Made by a program: the position numbers and the translations under genes
Assembly (NCBI GenBank): GCA_050123375.1
Contig: JASFHF010000003.1
Coordinates: 2,064-66,063 of the forward strand
Source of the DNA: Gammaproteobacteria bacterium
Lineage (GTDB): Bacteria; Pseudomonadota; Gammaproteobacteria; UBA12402
Reading direction: 5' to 3'
Length of the DNA stretch: 64,000 nt
Part shown: piece after piece, positions 41,416 through 50,573 of the stretch
Layout: the number at the start of each line of letters is the position of its first letter
How positions within the stretch are numbered: the first letter of the stretch is position 1
Notes under the pieces: generated by a model
Told to the model about the DNA's origin: nothing
The model's input: only the letters and a program-made list of their open reading frames with translations
The model's database searches: none

Positions 41416-42796
41416 GGGGGTCGCATCTTCACTTATTACATGATAACCCCTTGATTTTAAATCATTTTCATGGGGGTCGCATCTTCACTCGTTACATGAG
41501 TATAGTTTTTTATCCAAATTCACGCTAATTATACTGAAATCTTTTTCGTTTTCATAGGGATGACTTAGAATAGGCCTATTGTTCTAATAGTTTTTTTTCT
41601 AATTTATGAATATCTTCCATAATGGTAAAGTTTTTTTCATTTTGGATTTTAATGCGCCATATGGCAGTTGATACGCTTGAATATGATTTATTGGAAAATT
41701 CTTTAGCGATTTCTTTCAAACTATATTTTCCGATTTTGCGTGCTAGCCACATTGCTATTATTCTAGGTGTGTTTGTTGTAAATGGAGTTGGTTTTTCAAT
41801 TTCATCTAGGTTGACTTTATAATATTTTGCTACTTCTTTTTTGATTTTTTCTATCGTTGGATAATTTTTTGTAATGTTTTTAGTTATTTCAATGCTGTAT
41901 TTACGTTTTAGCTTTTTAATTATTTCTTCAAATTCTCGGTTGCCGTATACTGTAACCCATTTACCATTTTTATATGGTTGTTCTTTATGTTCAGTTTCAA
42001 CGAATTCCTTATAAGCAGCTATTGTATTCTTGCCAGAAAAATAACCGAGGATTTTATTTAGATGCAACCATTTTGGAGGATTGACATTTTGCAAATAGGC
42101 AGCATAGCTGGACCATTGATAATTTTGTGGTTTTTTAACCATATTTGCTCTTACTGGATTAAGGTGAATGTAGCGGCTAACGTACAATAAATATGTGTCA
42201 TGAGAAACTATGGTTGATTTAAATCTGCCTTTAAAAAGTGGTCCATCAGTTTTTCTGGTGTGATTATAATATGCTGCATACAAACTGTTTAAATATCTGA
42301 TAGCGCTGCTTAAATTAGCAGAGGGTGTTTTTATTAACAAATGGTAGTGATTGCTCATCAGACAATAAGCGTGTACTTCAATTTCGTATTGTTTGATGGT
42401 TTTTTGTAATAAAGATAAAAACTTTTTTCGGTCATTATTAGAGTGAAAAATTGTTTTGGAAGCGGCACCGCGGTTAGTAACATGATGCCATGAGTTGTTG
42501 TAATTTATGCGAGGTTGTCTTGCCATAAACATCTCCTATGAAGTGTAGAAATTATCGCGATTGTGTATCGCGGAAAAGATTATATTAAAATAAAAATTTG
42601 GTTTTGATTGAATGGAGTGAAAAGTTATGATGAAAAGCTTATTATTGCAAAAAAAATAAAAAAAATAAATTGTTTTTTAATAAACAAGTTGTGTATAGTT
42701 AACTCCTTCTTTGCCATGTAATGAGTGAAGATGCGACCCCTATTAAAATTAAATAAAATCAAAGAGTTGCCATGTAATGAGTAAAGATGCGGCCCT
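41416..42796 (-). mobile_element. RAYT locus: transposase flanked by 2+2 family B REPs
   Basis: REPs GGGGTCGCATCTTCACTYRTTACATG at 41416 and 41472, inverted copies at 42715 and 42771; IHF-consensus site between each pair. Confidence 0.85.
41576..42532 (-). CDS. REP-associated tyrosine transposase (Y1 HUH) with DnaA-C-like HTH tail
   Basis: HHVTNRG, YCLMSNHYHLL, GPLFKGRF, YIHLNPVRA, YQWSSY; C-terminal RIIAMWLARK...SLKEIA. Confidence 0.9.
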   Translation of the reverse strand: MFMARQPRINYNNSWHHVTNRGAASKTIFHSNNDRKKFLSLLQKTIKQYEIEVHAYCLMSNHYHLLIKTPSANLSSAIRYLNSLYAAYYNHTRKTDGPLFKGRFKSTIVSHDTYLLYVSRYIHLNPVRANMVKKPQNYQWSSYAAYLQNVNPPKWLHLNKILGYFSGKNTIAAYKEFVETEHKEQPYKNGKWVTVYGNREFEEIIKKLKRKYSIEITKNITKNYPTIEKIKKEVAKYYKVNLDEIEKPTPFTTNTPRIIAMWLARKIGKYSLKEIAKEFSNKSYSSVSTAIWRIKIQNEKNFTIMEDIHKLEKKLLEQ

Positions 42797-43601
42797 ACTT
42801 TTGTTGTTGCCGGTGTTGGTGTTTGCACGGCCAGTGCATAAGGTTGTAGCGCTCGCGCCAAATTTAACGGAGATTGTTTTTGCTGTAGGGGCAGGCAAAA
42901 AATTAATTGGTGTTTCAAGTTTTAGTGATTATCCAAAAGCCGCCAAAAAAATACCGGTGGTTGCGACATTTAATGGTTTGGATGTAGAAAAAATTATTAG
43001 TTTGCATCCTGATTTAGTGCTTGCTTGGCGAGGGGGCAATCCGGCTGAACAGCTTAATCGATTAAGAAAATTAGGTATTACAGTATATGTTGCATCATTT
43101 AATAAAATAACCGACATTCCGAACAATATTTTAGCAATTGGTAAATTAGTTGGAAAGCAAACAACTGCGCGTAAGGTTGCAAACAAATTTACACAAAATT
43201 ATTTGCAATTAAAAAATAATTACGCGCATAAAAAACCAATAAAAGTTTTTTATGAATTGTCCTGGCAGCCGTTGATTACTTTAAATAAAAAATCAATGGT
43301 TGGTCAGGTAATTAAGTTGTGCAGTGGAAGAAATATTTTTGCTGACACATCAATTGTAGCTCCGCATGTTGGTATTGCGAGTGTGTTGGCGGCTAATCCA
43401 CAATTGATTTTAGTGAGTAAACAAGCTGGATTTGGTGATCTTGCTATTAAAGGATGGAGTGATTACCCGCAGTTAAACGCAATTAAAAATCATCATATTT
43501 TTACTGTGGGTTCGAATACTTTAGAACGCCCTGGACCGCGTATTTTACAAGCAGCGCAGCAAGTATGTGCTGCTATTGATGTGGTGAGAATGAATCATTG
43601 A
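42777..43601 (+). CDS. btuF: Cobalamin-binding periplasmic protein
   Basis: VVALAPNLTE, SDYP, EKIISLHPDL, ERPGPR. Confidence 0.85.
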   Translation: MSKDAALLLLLPVLVFARPVHKVVALAPNLTEIVFAVGAGKKLIGVSSFSDYPKAAKKIPVVATFNGLDVEKIISLHPDLVLAWRGGNPAEQLNRLRKLGITVYVASFNKITDIPNNILAIGKLVGKQTTARKVANKFTQNYLQLKNNYAHKKPIKVFYELSWQPLITLNKKSMVGQVIKLCSGRNIFADTSIVAPHVGIASVLAANPQLILVSKQAGFGDLAIKGWSDYPQLNAIKNHHIFTVGSNTLERPGPRILQAAQQVCAAIDVVRMNH

Positions 43602-43610
43602 GCTTTTTAG

Positions 43611-44624
43611 TTATATATTATTTATAGAATAATTTAGTAGTTTTGTTTTTTCAGAGAGTGATTCTGGATTTTCTAGCGTGTTTTTGATTTTATCTAATAA
43701 TTTATGGGATTTTGATTGATATCCCTCACAACATCCACAATTAAACAAAGAATAAAATCCGGTGCCAGTGTTTTTAATAATGTCTTTTTCGTTATCTGCA
43801 ATGATTTGCAGAATTTCTTCGTTGCTTTTATTTTCTTCAATTGCATCAATAACTTTTTTTATACCGAGTGCTTTAAGTAAATCTTTGCGGGTTGCTCTGT
43901 TTATTATGGTTAGTATGGATTGTTTTAGTTTTTTGAACTCTTCTGTTTTTGTTAATAGGGGTAATTCTTGGTTAGGAGTTTTTTCAGGGTAATTTAATTT
44001 TATTTGATTTTTTAAGAGTTGTTCCAATTGTGAACCGGTTATTTGTATATCAATTATTGCATCATATTTTGACATTTGCTTTTTTTTATTGAAAGGTGGT
44101 GTAACTTTGAATTCGTAATCTTTTCGTGATCTCGCTGCTGTTAATTTAACGGCATTTATAAACAAGTCTGTGAGAATATATTGTACGAAACTGTCGTAAC
44201 ATGTTGGGTGTGTTCTGCTAGTGCTATACCTTGTATGAATTTTATGTTTTTTTATATGATCTTTGAATTCGTTTGATAGGGTTTTAATTGTTTTGTCAGG
44301 AGCTAATGTTATAGCTTCATAAGCGGTAAAATATAAGCTTAAATATGGCGTACTTCGCCAAAAAGTATCTGGTGTAAAACAACTATTTGAATTAATTTTT
44401 ATTAGTTTTGAGGTTATGTGATGCAGTCGTTGTTTTGTTAAAAATGGTGCGATGTTGATTACAAAATCAATCATAGCTTCTTGTTTGTTACAGCCGTTTA
44501 CTATAAAGTTTTTTTGCTTTGCTAGAGTTTCTAATTCCTTATCTTTAATGGTGCCATTTACAAGTTTGGCGCCATATTTTTTGATTAATTTCAATGTATT
44601 TTTCAATGGTCCTTTTGATAGCAT
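43611..44624 (-). CDS. Hypothetical protein, candidate secreted effector
   Basis: 337-aa orphan ORF behind a PmrA-type box. Confidence 0.7.
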   Translation of the reverse strand: MLSKGPLKNTLKLIKKYGAKLVNGTIKDKELETLAKQKNFIVNGCNKQEAMIDFVINIAPFLTKQRLHHITSKLIKINSNSCFTPDTFWRSTPYLSLYFTAYEAITLAPDKTIKTLSNEFKDHIKKHKIHTRYSTSRTHPTCYDSFVQYILTDLFINAVKLTAARSRKDYEFKVTPPFNKKKQMSKYDAIIDIQITGSQLEQLLKNQIKLNYPEKTPNQELPLLTKTEEFKKLKQSILTIINRATRKDLLKALGIKKVIDAIEENKSNEEILQIIADNEKDIIKNTGTGFYSLFNCGCCEGYQSKSHKLLDKIKNTLENPESLSEKTKLLNYSINNI

Positions 44625-44654
44625 TTTTTGTCCCTCAGGTTAGAATTTTATTAT

Positions 44655-44687
44655 AGTTTAACAGTTAATTCTTAAGGGAATATTAAA
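44655..44687 (-). promoter_or_regulatory. PmrA-type box with -10 element
   Basis: Minus strand TTTAATATT-cc-CTTAAGAAT-N7-TAAACT. Confidence 0.7.
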
Positions 44688-44688
44688 T

Positions 44689-45288
44689 TTACGAAAAAAA
44701 TAAATCATTTATTTCTGTTTGTGAAATCGGTCCTTGGCGCAAAATTTTTGGTTTTTTACAAGTTAAATCTACGATGGTAGAAGCAGATTTTAGTTTGCAG
44801 ACGCCACCATCGACAATTAAATCTGTTTTATTTCCTAAGGCTTGTTTAACTTCTTCTGCAGAAGTTGGCGGTGGTTCGCTAAACAAATTTGCTGATGGTG
44901 CGGCAAGTCCATGCGGAAAATTTTGTAAGATTTTTTGTGTAAGCGGATGATTGGGACAGCGTAAACCAATCGTTTCAAGTCCGCCAGTAATAATTGTAGA
45001 AATGTTCGGTGCTTTTTTTAAAACAATCGTCAATGGTCCCGGCCAAAATTTTTCGATTAATTTATAGGCAATTTTTGGAATATCAATTGCTAAATTATTT
45101 AAGTCAGTTTCGCGCGCAATCATCACTGGTAATGGATGACTGAGCGGTCTGTTTTTTACTGCAAAGATTTTTTTTACTGCATCAATGTTAGTGGCATCCG
45201 CCGCTAAACCATAAACAGTTTCGGTTGGTATTGCGACTAATTTGCCGTTACGCAATAATTCGATGGCTTGTTCAATTTGATCGTTCAT
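44689..45288 (-). CDS. Threonylcarbamoyl-AMP synthase (Sua5/TsaC family)
   Basis: PTETVYGL, KNRP..HPL, FWPGPLT, APSAN. Confidence 0.92.
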   Translation of the reverse strand: MNDQIEQAIELLRNGKLVAIPTETVYGLAADATNIDAVKKIFAVKNRPLSHPLPVMIARETDLNNLAIDIPKIAYKLIEKFWPGPLTIVLKKAPNISTIITGGLETIGLRCPNHPLTQKILQNFPHGLAAPSANLFSEPPPTSAEEVKQALGNKTDLIVDGGVCKLKSASTIVDLTCKKPKILRQGPISQTEINDLFFS

Positions 45289-45361
45289 GGCAAGCAGTCT
45301 AGCATGATTATAGAAGCCAATTAAAGATTTATTTTTGACCAATTTTCCTGCATAATAACAC

Positions 45362-45498
45362 GGGGTCGCATCTTTACTTATTACATATGGGATGTAAGCT
45401 GGATTCTTTAAGGGTCGGAGCTTTACATGATTACACGCTGCACGTGTAATTATGTAAAGCTCACGACCCGCTTGATTGATAAGTGAAGATGCGACCCC
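45362..45498. repeat. Nested REPIN: family C element inside a family B element
   Basis: Outer arms GGGGTCGCATCTTTACTTAT / ATAAGTGAAGATGCGACCCC; inner palindrome 45412..45469. Confidence 0.88.
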
Positions 45499-45514
45499 AT
45501 TATTGGAGGGATTT

Positions 45515-46714
45515 ATGACTACACAACAACGGGTTTTATCAGGGATGCGGCCAACCGGTGGTTTACATTTGGGTCATTACCATGGGGTTTTGAAAAATTG
45601 GCTTAAATTACAGCATGAATACGACTGTTTTTTTGGTGTGGTTGATTTGCATGCGTTAACTACTGAATATGCAACTCCGGGAAAAATTAAGCAAGATACA
45701 TGGAATATGGTGATTGATTGGTTGGCAGCGGGAATTAATCCGGGGGCGGCGCATATTTTTATTCAGTCAAAAGTCCCAGAGATATCTGAATTGCATGTTC
45801 TGTTATCAATGATTACCCCTTTAAGCTGGCTGGAACGGATGCCTACTTATAAGGATCAACAGCAGAAGCTTAAAGATAAAGATTTGTCTACTTATGGCTT
45901 TCTTGGTTATCCGTTGCTTCAGGCGGCTGATATTTTAGCGTTTAAGTCAGATCAAATACCTGTGGGCGAAGATCAGGTGCCGCATGTGGAATTAGCGCGT
46001 GAGATTGCACGGCGTTTTAATCATTTGTATGGACGGGATGCTGATTATCAGCAAAAAGCAGAAGATGCCATCAAAAAGTTAGGCAAAAAACAAGCGAAAC
46101 TATATCGCGAGCTGATGAATAATTATCAGGAAAAGGGCAAGCTGGAAGCATTGGAGAAAGGGTGCGCTTTGGTAGAAGGTCAAGGGCATTTGACACTTAA
46201 TGATCGAGAGCGTCTATTTGGGTATTTAGAAGGTGGCGGCAAGATTATTTTGCCGGAGCCGGAGGCTTTATTGACCGATATACCGCAATTTCCGGGTTTG
46301 GATGGGCAAAAAATGTCCAAATCGTATCATAATACGATTGAGTTGCGTGAGGATCCCAAAAAGGTCGATATCAAGGTGCGGACTATGCCGACTGATCCGG
46401 CCAGGATACGTAGAACTGACCCTGGTGACCCAAAAAAATGTCCGGTGTGGAAGCTGCATAAGGTGTATTCTGATGATGGGGTGAAAGATTGGGTATGCGA
46501 AGGGTGCCGTTCTGCTGGTATAGGATGTATTGATTGCAAAGAGCCATTGATTGAAGCTATTATTAAAGAACAGGCTCCGATTCGTGAGCAAGCGCAAGAG
46601 TTTGTGAATAATCCAAATTTAGTGCGTACTATAGTTGCTGAGGGATGTGAGGCGGCGCGTGATGTTGCAAAGCAAACTATTGAAGAAGTGCAGGAAATTA
46701 TAGGTTTGGCGTGA
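45515..46714 (+). CDS. trpS: Tryptophan-tRNA ligase
   Basis: SGMRPTG.LHLGH, VGEDQ, KMSKS; GGAGG RBS before ATG 45515. Confidence 0.96.
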   Translation: MTTQQRVLSGMRPTGGLHLGHYHGVLKNWLKLQHEYDCFFGVVDLHALTTEYATPGKIKQDTWNMVIDWLAAGINPGAAHIFIQSKVPEISELHVLLSMITPLSWLERMPTYKDQQQKLKDKDLSTYGFLGYPLLQAADILAFKSDQIPVGEDQVPHVELAREIARRFNHLYGRDADYQQKAEDAIKKLGKKQAKLYRELMNNYQEKGKLEALEKGCALVEGQGHLTLNDRERLFGYLEGGGKIILPEPEALLTDIPQFPGLDGQKMSKSYHNTIELREDPKKVDIKVRTMPTDPARIRRTDPGDPKKCPVWKLHKVYSDDGVKDWVCEGCRSAGIGCIDCKEPLIEAIIKEQAPIREQAQEFVNNPNLVRTIVAEGCEAARDVAKQTIEEVQEIIGLA

Positions 46715-46715
46715 G

Positions 46716-47597
46716 ATGACAGAGGCAGAAGCACAACAGGCTGGGACAGAATCACAAGCTAATGTGGAAGCAGTAACCTCTTATGCAAAAGTTCAAGGGG
46801 AAGCGATTACTTCTTTGCCGCAGGATTTATATATTCCTCCGGAAGCATTGCAGATTTTTCTCGAGGCGTTTGAAGGTCCTTTAGATTTATTACTGTATTT
46901 AATCAAAAAACAAAATATCGATATTTTAGATATTCCAATTGCTGAAATTACCCGGCAATACATGGAATATGTTGAAATGATGAAAGAGCTGCATTTGGAT
47001 TTAGCAGCAGATTATTTGGTAATGGCGGCGATGTTGGCGGAAATCAAATCACGCATGTTACTGCCGCGGATAATTAACGAAGAAGGTGAAGAAGAGGATC
47101 CGCGCGCAGAATTAATTAGGCGTTTACAGGAATATGAACGTTATAAACAAGCAGCGGAAGATTTGAATGAATTACCGCGGCGTGAACGTGATACATTTGC
47201 GGCTTTTGCTGATGTTCCTAAATGGGAAGTTGAAAAACCAAAACCGCAAGTTGATTATAAAGATTTAATTTTTGCTTTTCATGATGTGTTAAAGCGGATT
47301 GAATTAAGAGCGCATCATCACATTAAACGCAAAATTTTGTCAGTAAATGATCGCATCAAACGTATTTTGCAACAAGTGGAAGCGGAAGAATTTGTGCCGT
47401 TTACGGCTTTTTTTGATTTTGCTGAAGGACGCATGGGCGTTGTAGTGACATTTATTGCGATTTTAGAATTATTTAAAAGTGCATTAATTGAAGTTGTACA
47501 ATCTGATGCTTTTGAGCAATTACATATTAAAGCTGCGGTTAATGCTATATCCATTGTGCCTGAAGATGCGAGATTTACAACTGACAAAAATACTTAG
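46716..47597 (+). CDS. scpA: Segregation and condensation protein A
   Basis: FEGPLDLLLYLI, IKSRMLLP, VVTFIAILEL. Confidence 0.95.
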   Translation: MTEAEAQQAGTESQANVEAVTSYAKVQGEAITSLPQDLYIPPEALQIFLEAFEGPLDLLLYLIKKQNIDILDIPIAEITRQYMEYVEMMKELHLDLAADYLVMAAMLAEIKSRMLLPRIINEEGEEEDPRAELIRRLQEYERYKQAAEDLNELPRRERDTFAAFADVPKWEVEKPKPQVDYKDLIFAFHDVLKRIELRAHHHIKRKILSVNDRIKRILQQVEAEEFVPFTAFFDFAEGRMGVVVTFIAILELFKSALIEVVQSDAFEQLHIKAAVNAISIVPEDARFTTDKNT

Positions 47598-47614
47598 TTG
47601 AGTTTAGTGATAAT

Positions 47615-47708
47615 TACCGCGCATATAAGATTGATGTTCTTTTAGAGCTATAATGATGCGCGGTTACTCATGATTTTACAAAAACAAACTAATTGTAAAA
47701 TCATGAGT
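47615..47708. repeat. Structured repeat, family D, copy 2
   Basis: ACTCATGATTTTACAA...TTGTAAAATCATGAGT plus an ACCGCGCAT/ATGCGCGGT stem. Confidence 0.75.
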
Positions 47709-47778
47709 TTCTTTTAAAAACTGACACTAGTATTTTTTGCATCTTAATGTAATGGGTATTTAATAGAGGTAACAGAAA

Positions 47779-48552
47779 ATGAGTGATTTGAAACAATTAC
47801 ATCGTATTATTGAGGGTGCTTTATTTGCATCAAATGAACCGCTTTCAATTGAGCGTATTGCTGCATTGTTTGCGGATGAAGCAGAAAAACCGGATAAAAA
47901 AACTATTCGGCAGGCACTGCAGGATTTAATTGAAAATTATGCTGAGCATGGAGTGGAATTAAAAGAATTAGCTAGTGGTTATCAATTTCAGGTTAAAGCG
48001 GATTTGGCAAAATGGATAAAACGTTTATGGGAAGAACGTCCGCCAAGATATTCGCGGGCTTTATTGGAAACATTGGTATTAGTTGCTTATCGACAACCGA
48101 TTACCCGAGGTGAAATCGAAGAAGTACGCGGTGTGGCGGTAAGTACAAATATCATGAAAACTTTATTAGATCGCGAATGGGTAAAAGTTGTTGGTCATCG
48201 TGATGTTCCGGGAAAACCAGGATTATATGCTACAACTAAAGCATTTCTTGATTATTTTGGTTTAAAAAGTTTAGAGGATTTACCGCCGTTAGCTGAAGTG
48301 CGTGATTTAGATAAAGCTGGTGAAAAGTTGCAGGAACAACTTGATGCTGCAGTTGAAAATGTTTTGGCTTCCGAAAATTTAGTTGCGACAAATGAAGTAA
48401 AGGATGAAGATGTTGTTGAAGATGTTATTAATAATGCTGCTAGTGATGAAATTATTGCAGATAAAACGCAAGATGATGTTGATGATATAGTTACTGATGA
48501 TTTGTTAAATATGTATAATGAAGCAGAAGAAAATTTTGGGCAAACTGAATAA
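47779..48552 (+). CDS. scpB: Segregation and condensation protein B
   Basis: SRALLETL..VAYRQPITRGEIE..RGV, FLDYFGL; acidic tail. Confidence 0.95.
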   Translation: MSDLKQLHRIIEGALFASNEPLSIERIAALFADEAEKPDKKTIRQALQDLIENYAEHGVELKELASGYQFQVKADLAKWIKRLWEERPPRYSRALLETLVLVAYRQPITRGEIEEVRGVAVSTNIMKTLLDREWVKVVGHRDVPGKPGLYATTKAFLDYFGLKSLEDLPPLAEVRDLDKAGEKLQEQLDAAVENVLASENLVATNEVKDEDVVEDVINNAASDEIIADKTQDDVDDIVTDDLLNMYNEAEENFGQTE

Positions 48553-48671
48553 ATTGTGAAAACTGAAAAACCTGTAGTGTCATCCCGCGGCCTGGTTTGT
48601 TGACCGCGGGATCCACGCTGTTTTTATCCCACTTATTAAAAAGTTGTAAACAAATTGTGAAAACTGAAAAA
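48551..48671. repeat. Family F palindrome flanked by a 20-bp direct repeat of the rluB start
   Basis: AAATTGTGAAAACTGAAAAA at 48551 and 48652; GTCATCCCGCGG...TTGACCGCGGGATCCA between them. Confidence 0.85.
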
Positions 48672-49403
48672 ATTCAAAAAGTTTTAGCAAATCTAGGTTT
48701 AGCTTCGCGCCGGCAAATTGAACAATGGATTTCAGCAGGACGGATTAAAGTTGATGGTAAAATTGCTAAACTTGGTGATCGCGTTACTGATCAGGAAAAA
48801 ATTTCTGTTGATGGTCGTCTAGTTAAAAGAATTCCAGTAAAAACTTCAACTACTAGAGTATTGATTTATCACAAACCTATTGGCGAAGTTTGTACCCGTT
48901 CGGATGAAAAAAATCGCAAAACAGTTTTTGATAATTTACCGGTTTTGCACAATGCGCGTTGGATAATGGTTGGACGTTTAGATATTAATACTTCGGGTTT
49001 ATTATTGTTTACCAATAACGGAGAACTGGCAAATCGACTAATGCATCCATCGAAGCAAATTGAACGGAAATATTCGGTTAGAGTTTTGGGAACGGTGAGT
49101 CAGGAAATTTTAGATAATTTATTGCGCGGCGTTCAATTAGAAGATGGACATGCGCGGTTTGTTAAGATTCATCGTGTTCGTAGTTTTGAACGTAATGCCG
49201 CGAACCAATGGTATCATGTAGTGCTGCGCGAAGGACGTAACCGCGAAGTGAGACGTTTGTGGGAATCGCAAGGACTAAAAGTTAACAAATTATCGCGCAT
49301 TCGATTTGGCGGCATAAAACTACCGCGCACGCTACCGCGCGGACAATGGTTTGAATTAAGCGACAGAGAAGTCAAAGCCATGTTGCATCGGGTTGGAATG
49401 TAG
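48657..49403 (+). CDS. rluB: 23S rRNA pseudouridine synthase RluB
   Basis: S4 domain, VGRLDINTSGLLL, EGRNREVRRL; GTG start at 48657. Confidence 0.93.
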   Translation: MKTEKIQKVLANLGLASRRQIEQWISAGRIKVDGKIAKLGDRVTDQEKISVDGRLVKRIPVKTSTTRVLIYHKPIGEVCTRSDEKNRKTVFDNLPVLHNARWIMVGRLDINTSGLLLFTNNGELANRLMHPSKQIERKYSVRVLGTVSQEILDNLLRGVQLEDGHARFVKIHRVRSFERNAANQWYHVVLREGRNREVRRLWESQGLKVNKLSRIRFGGIKLPRTLPRGQWFELSDREVKAMLHRVGM

Positions 49404-49424
49404 AAAGTTATTAGCATGGCTATG

Positions 49425-49540
49425 GCTGTCATCCCGCGGTGCTTTTTTTGCTGTCATCCCGCGGCCTTGTCAGTTGACCGCGGGATCCAGGATTCACAAC
49501 TGTCATCCCGCGGCCTTGTCAGTTGACCGCGGGATCCAGG
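49425..49540. repeat. Cluster of family F palindromes (one partial, two identical 41-bp copies)
   Basis: CTGTCATCCCGCGGCCTTGTCAGTTGACCGCGGGATCCAGG at 49451 and 49500. Confidence 0.9.
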
Positions 49541-49625
49541 GCTGTTATTGTTTGTTAAATTAAATATTAATTGCGATGAGCTATTATATTTACTAAAATC
49601 CTGTTTCACAGCTTTCAAAGATAAG

Positions 49626-49698
49626 GCTGGCGTAGCTCAGCAGGTAGAGCAACTGATTTGTAATCAGTAGGTCGTAGGTTCGATTCCTATCGCCAGCT
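49626..49698 (+). tRNA. tRNA-Thr (anticodon TGT)
   Basis: GCTGGCG/CGCCAGC acceptor stem, ACTGA-TTTGTAA-TCAGT anticodon arm, GGTTCGATTCC T arm; followed by TCA rather than CCA. Confidence 0.95.
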
Positions 49699-49932
49699 TC
49701 AATTAAATCAAAGAGTTATATTGAAAATTCCCACCTCGAAACCACGACGTTTATTTTTTTGCAACGTATTTGCAACGGATGGATTAATCTTTTAGCTGTT
49801 TAAATCTGGGGTCTCCAAATTTGGGGGCAAAGATAATTAAGCACATAATACTCTCATACGGATACGATAGTTGTCAAAGTTTGTAAAAATGCATTTATGA
49901 TTTTTTATATGTTGGTAGTTTTAAGATCAGTT

Positions 49933-50061
49933 TCAGAGTTTGAATTTGGGCGGTAATTTGGGCATAGCTGTTGATATTTCGTTTACATCTGGAAGATTAT
50001 AGCGTTTATTGCTACGCTAGGCTTGTAAGGTGTCTTCTTTTAACCCATTTTCTTTTGCTAA
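49933..50061 (-). pseudogene. Decayed copy of the excisionase-like gene at 61238
   Basis: Aligns to 61238..61450 with a 72-bp deletion and a TGG>TAG change. Confidence 0.85.
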
Positions 50062-50162
50062 AGATGCGCAAAACCGCTTTCAGTGTGGGATATCGGCAAA
50101 TTCATTTTTTTAATAACTCTGAATAATCCATGGTATGCCCTCGCTTCAATATTATTAGTAAA

Positions 50163-50573
50163 TTACATTCCCCATTCTTTATGAAAATAATCTTCTTTAA
50201 CTTGTTTGGCTTTTTCTTTTGCCCATTTTTCTAATCCCATTTTTTTAATCAAACACAAATTAAAAACTTTGGTGTTGTGTGGCAAACTATCTGCTTTATC
50301 CGCGTAAGGATGCAAATAATCACACGGAAAATCAGGACAATCACAGCATAATTTAACGCCTCGCTTTTTCGCGCAAGGATATACTCTGCATGGGGACGAA
50401 ACCACCGGACATTTGCCTTTAACTGCGCGACATCCAGAACATGTTACTTTTTCTTCAGGCAAATTAAATTGTTTTGCTACTTGCTTTCGTATTTCTGGAT
50501 CGTTGTTAGCAAGATACGCCACACAATTAAAACATGCTATGCCACAAGGCGCAGTCATTTCTTCATAATTCAT
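50163..50573 (-). CDS. Cys-rich DUF3795-like protein
   Basis: APCGIACFNC, CSGCR, CCDCPDFPC. Confidence 0.8.
   Translation of the reverse strand: MNYEEMTAPCGIACFNCVAYLANNDPEIRKQVAKQFNLPEEKVTCSGCRAVKGKCPVVSSPCRVYPCAKKRGVKLCCDCPDFPCDYLHPYADKADSLPHNTKVFNLCLIKKMGLEKWAKEKAKQVKEDYFHKEWGM

Noticed and set aside
28044-48656. ORF-track N-terminal extensions of pmbA, lptE, leuS, trpS and rluB
   Set aside because: The upstream starts fall inside repeats; downstream starts fit the RBS and/or the expected family N-terminus better.
49425-49540. Possible CRISPR array
   Set aside because: Only two full 41-bp repeats with an 8-bp gap, no cas genes, and a dispersed copy at about 48579; it is a palindromic repeat cluster.
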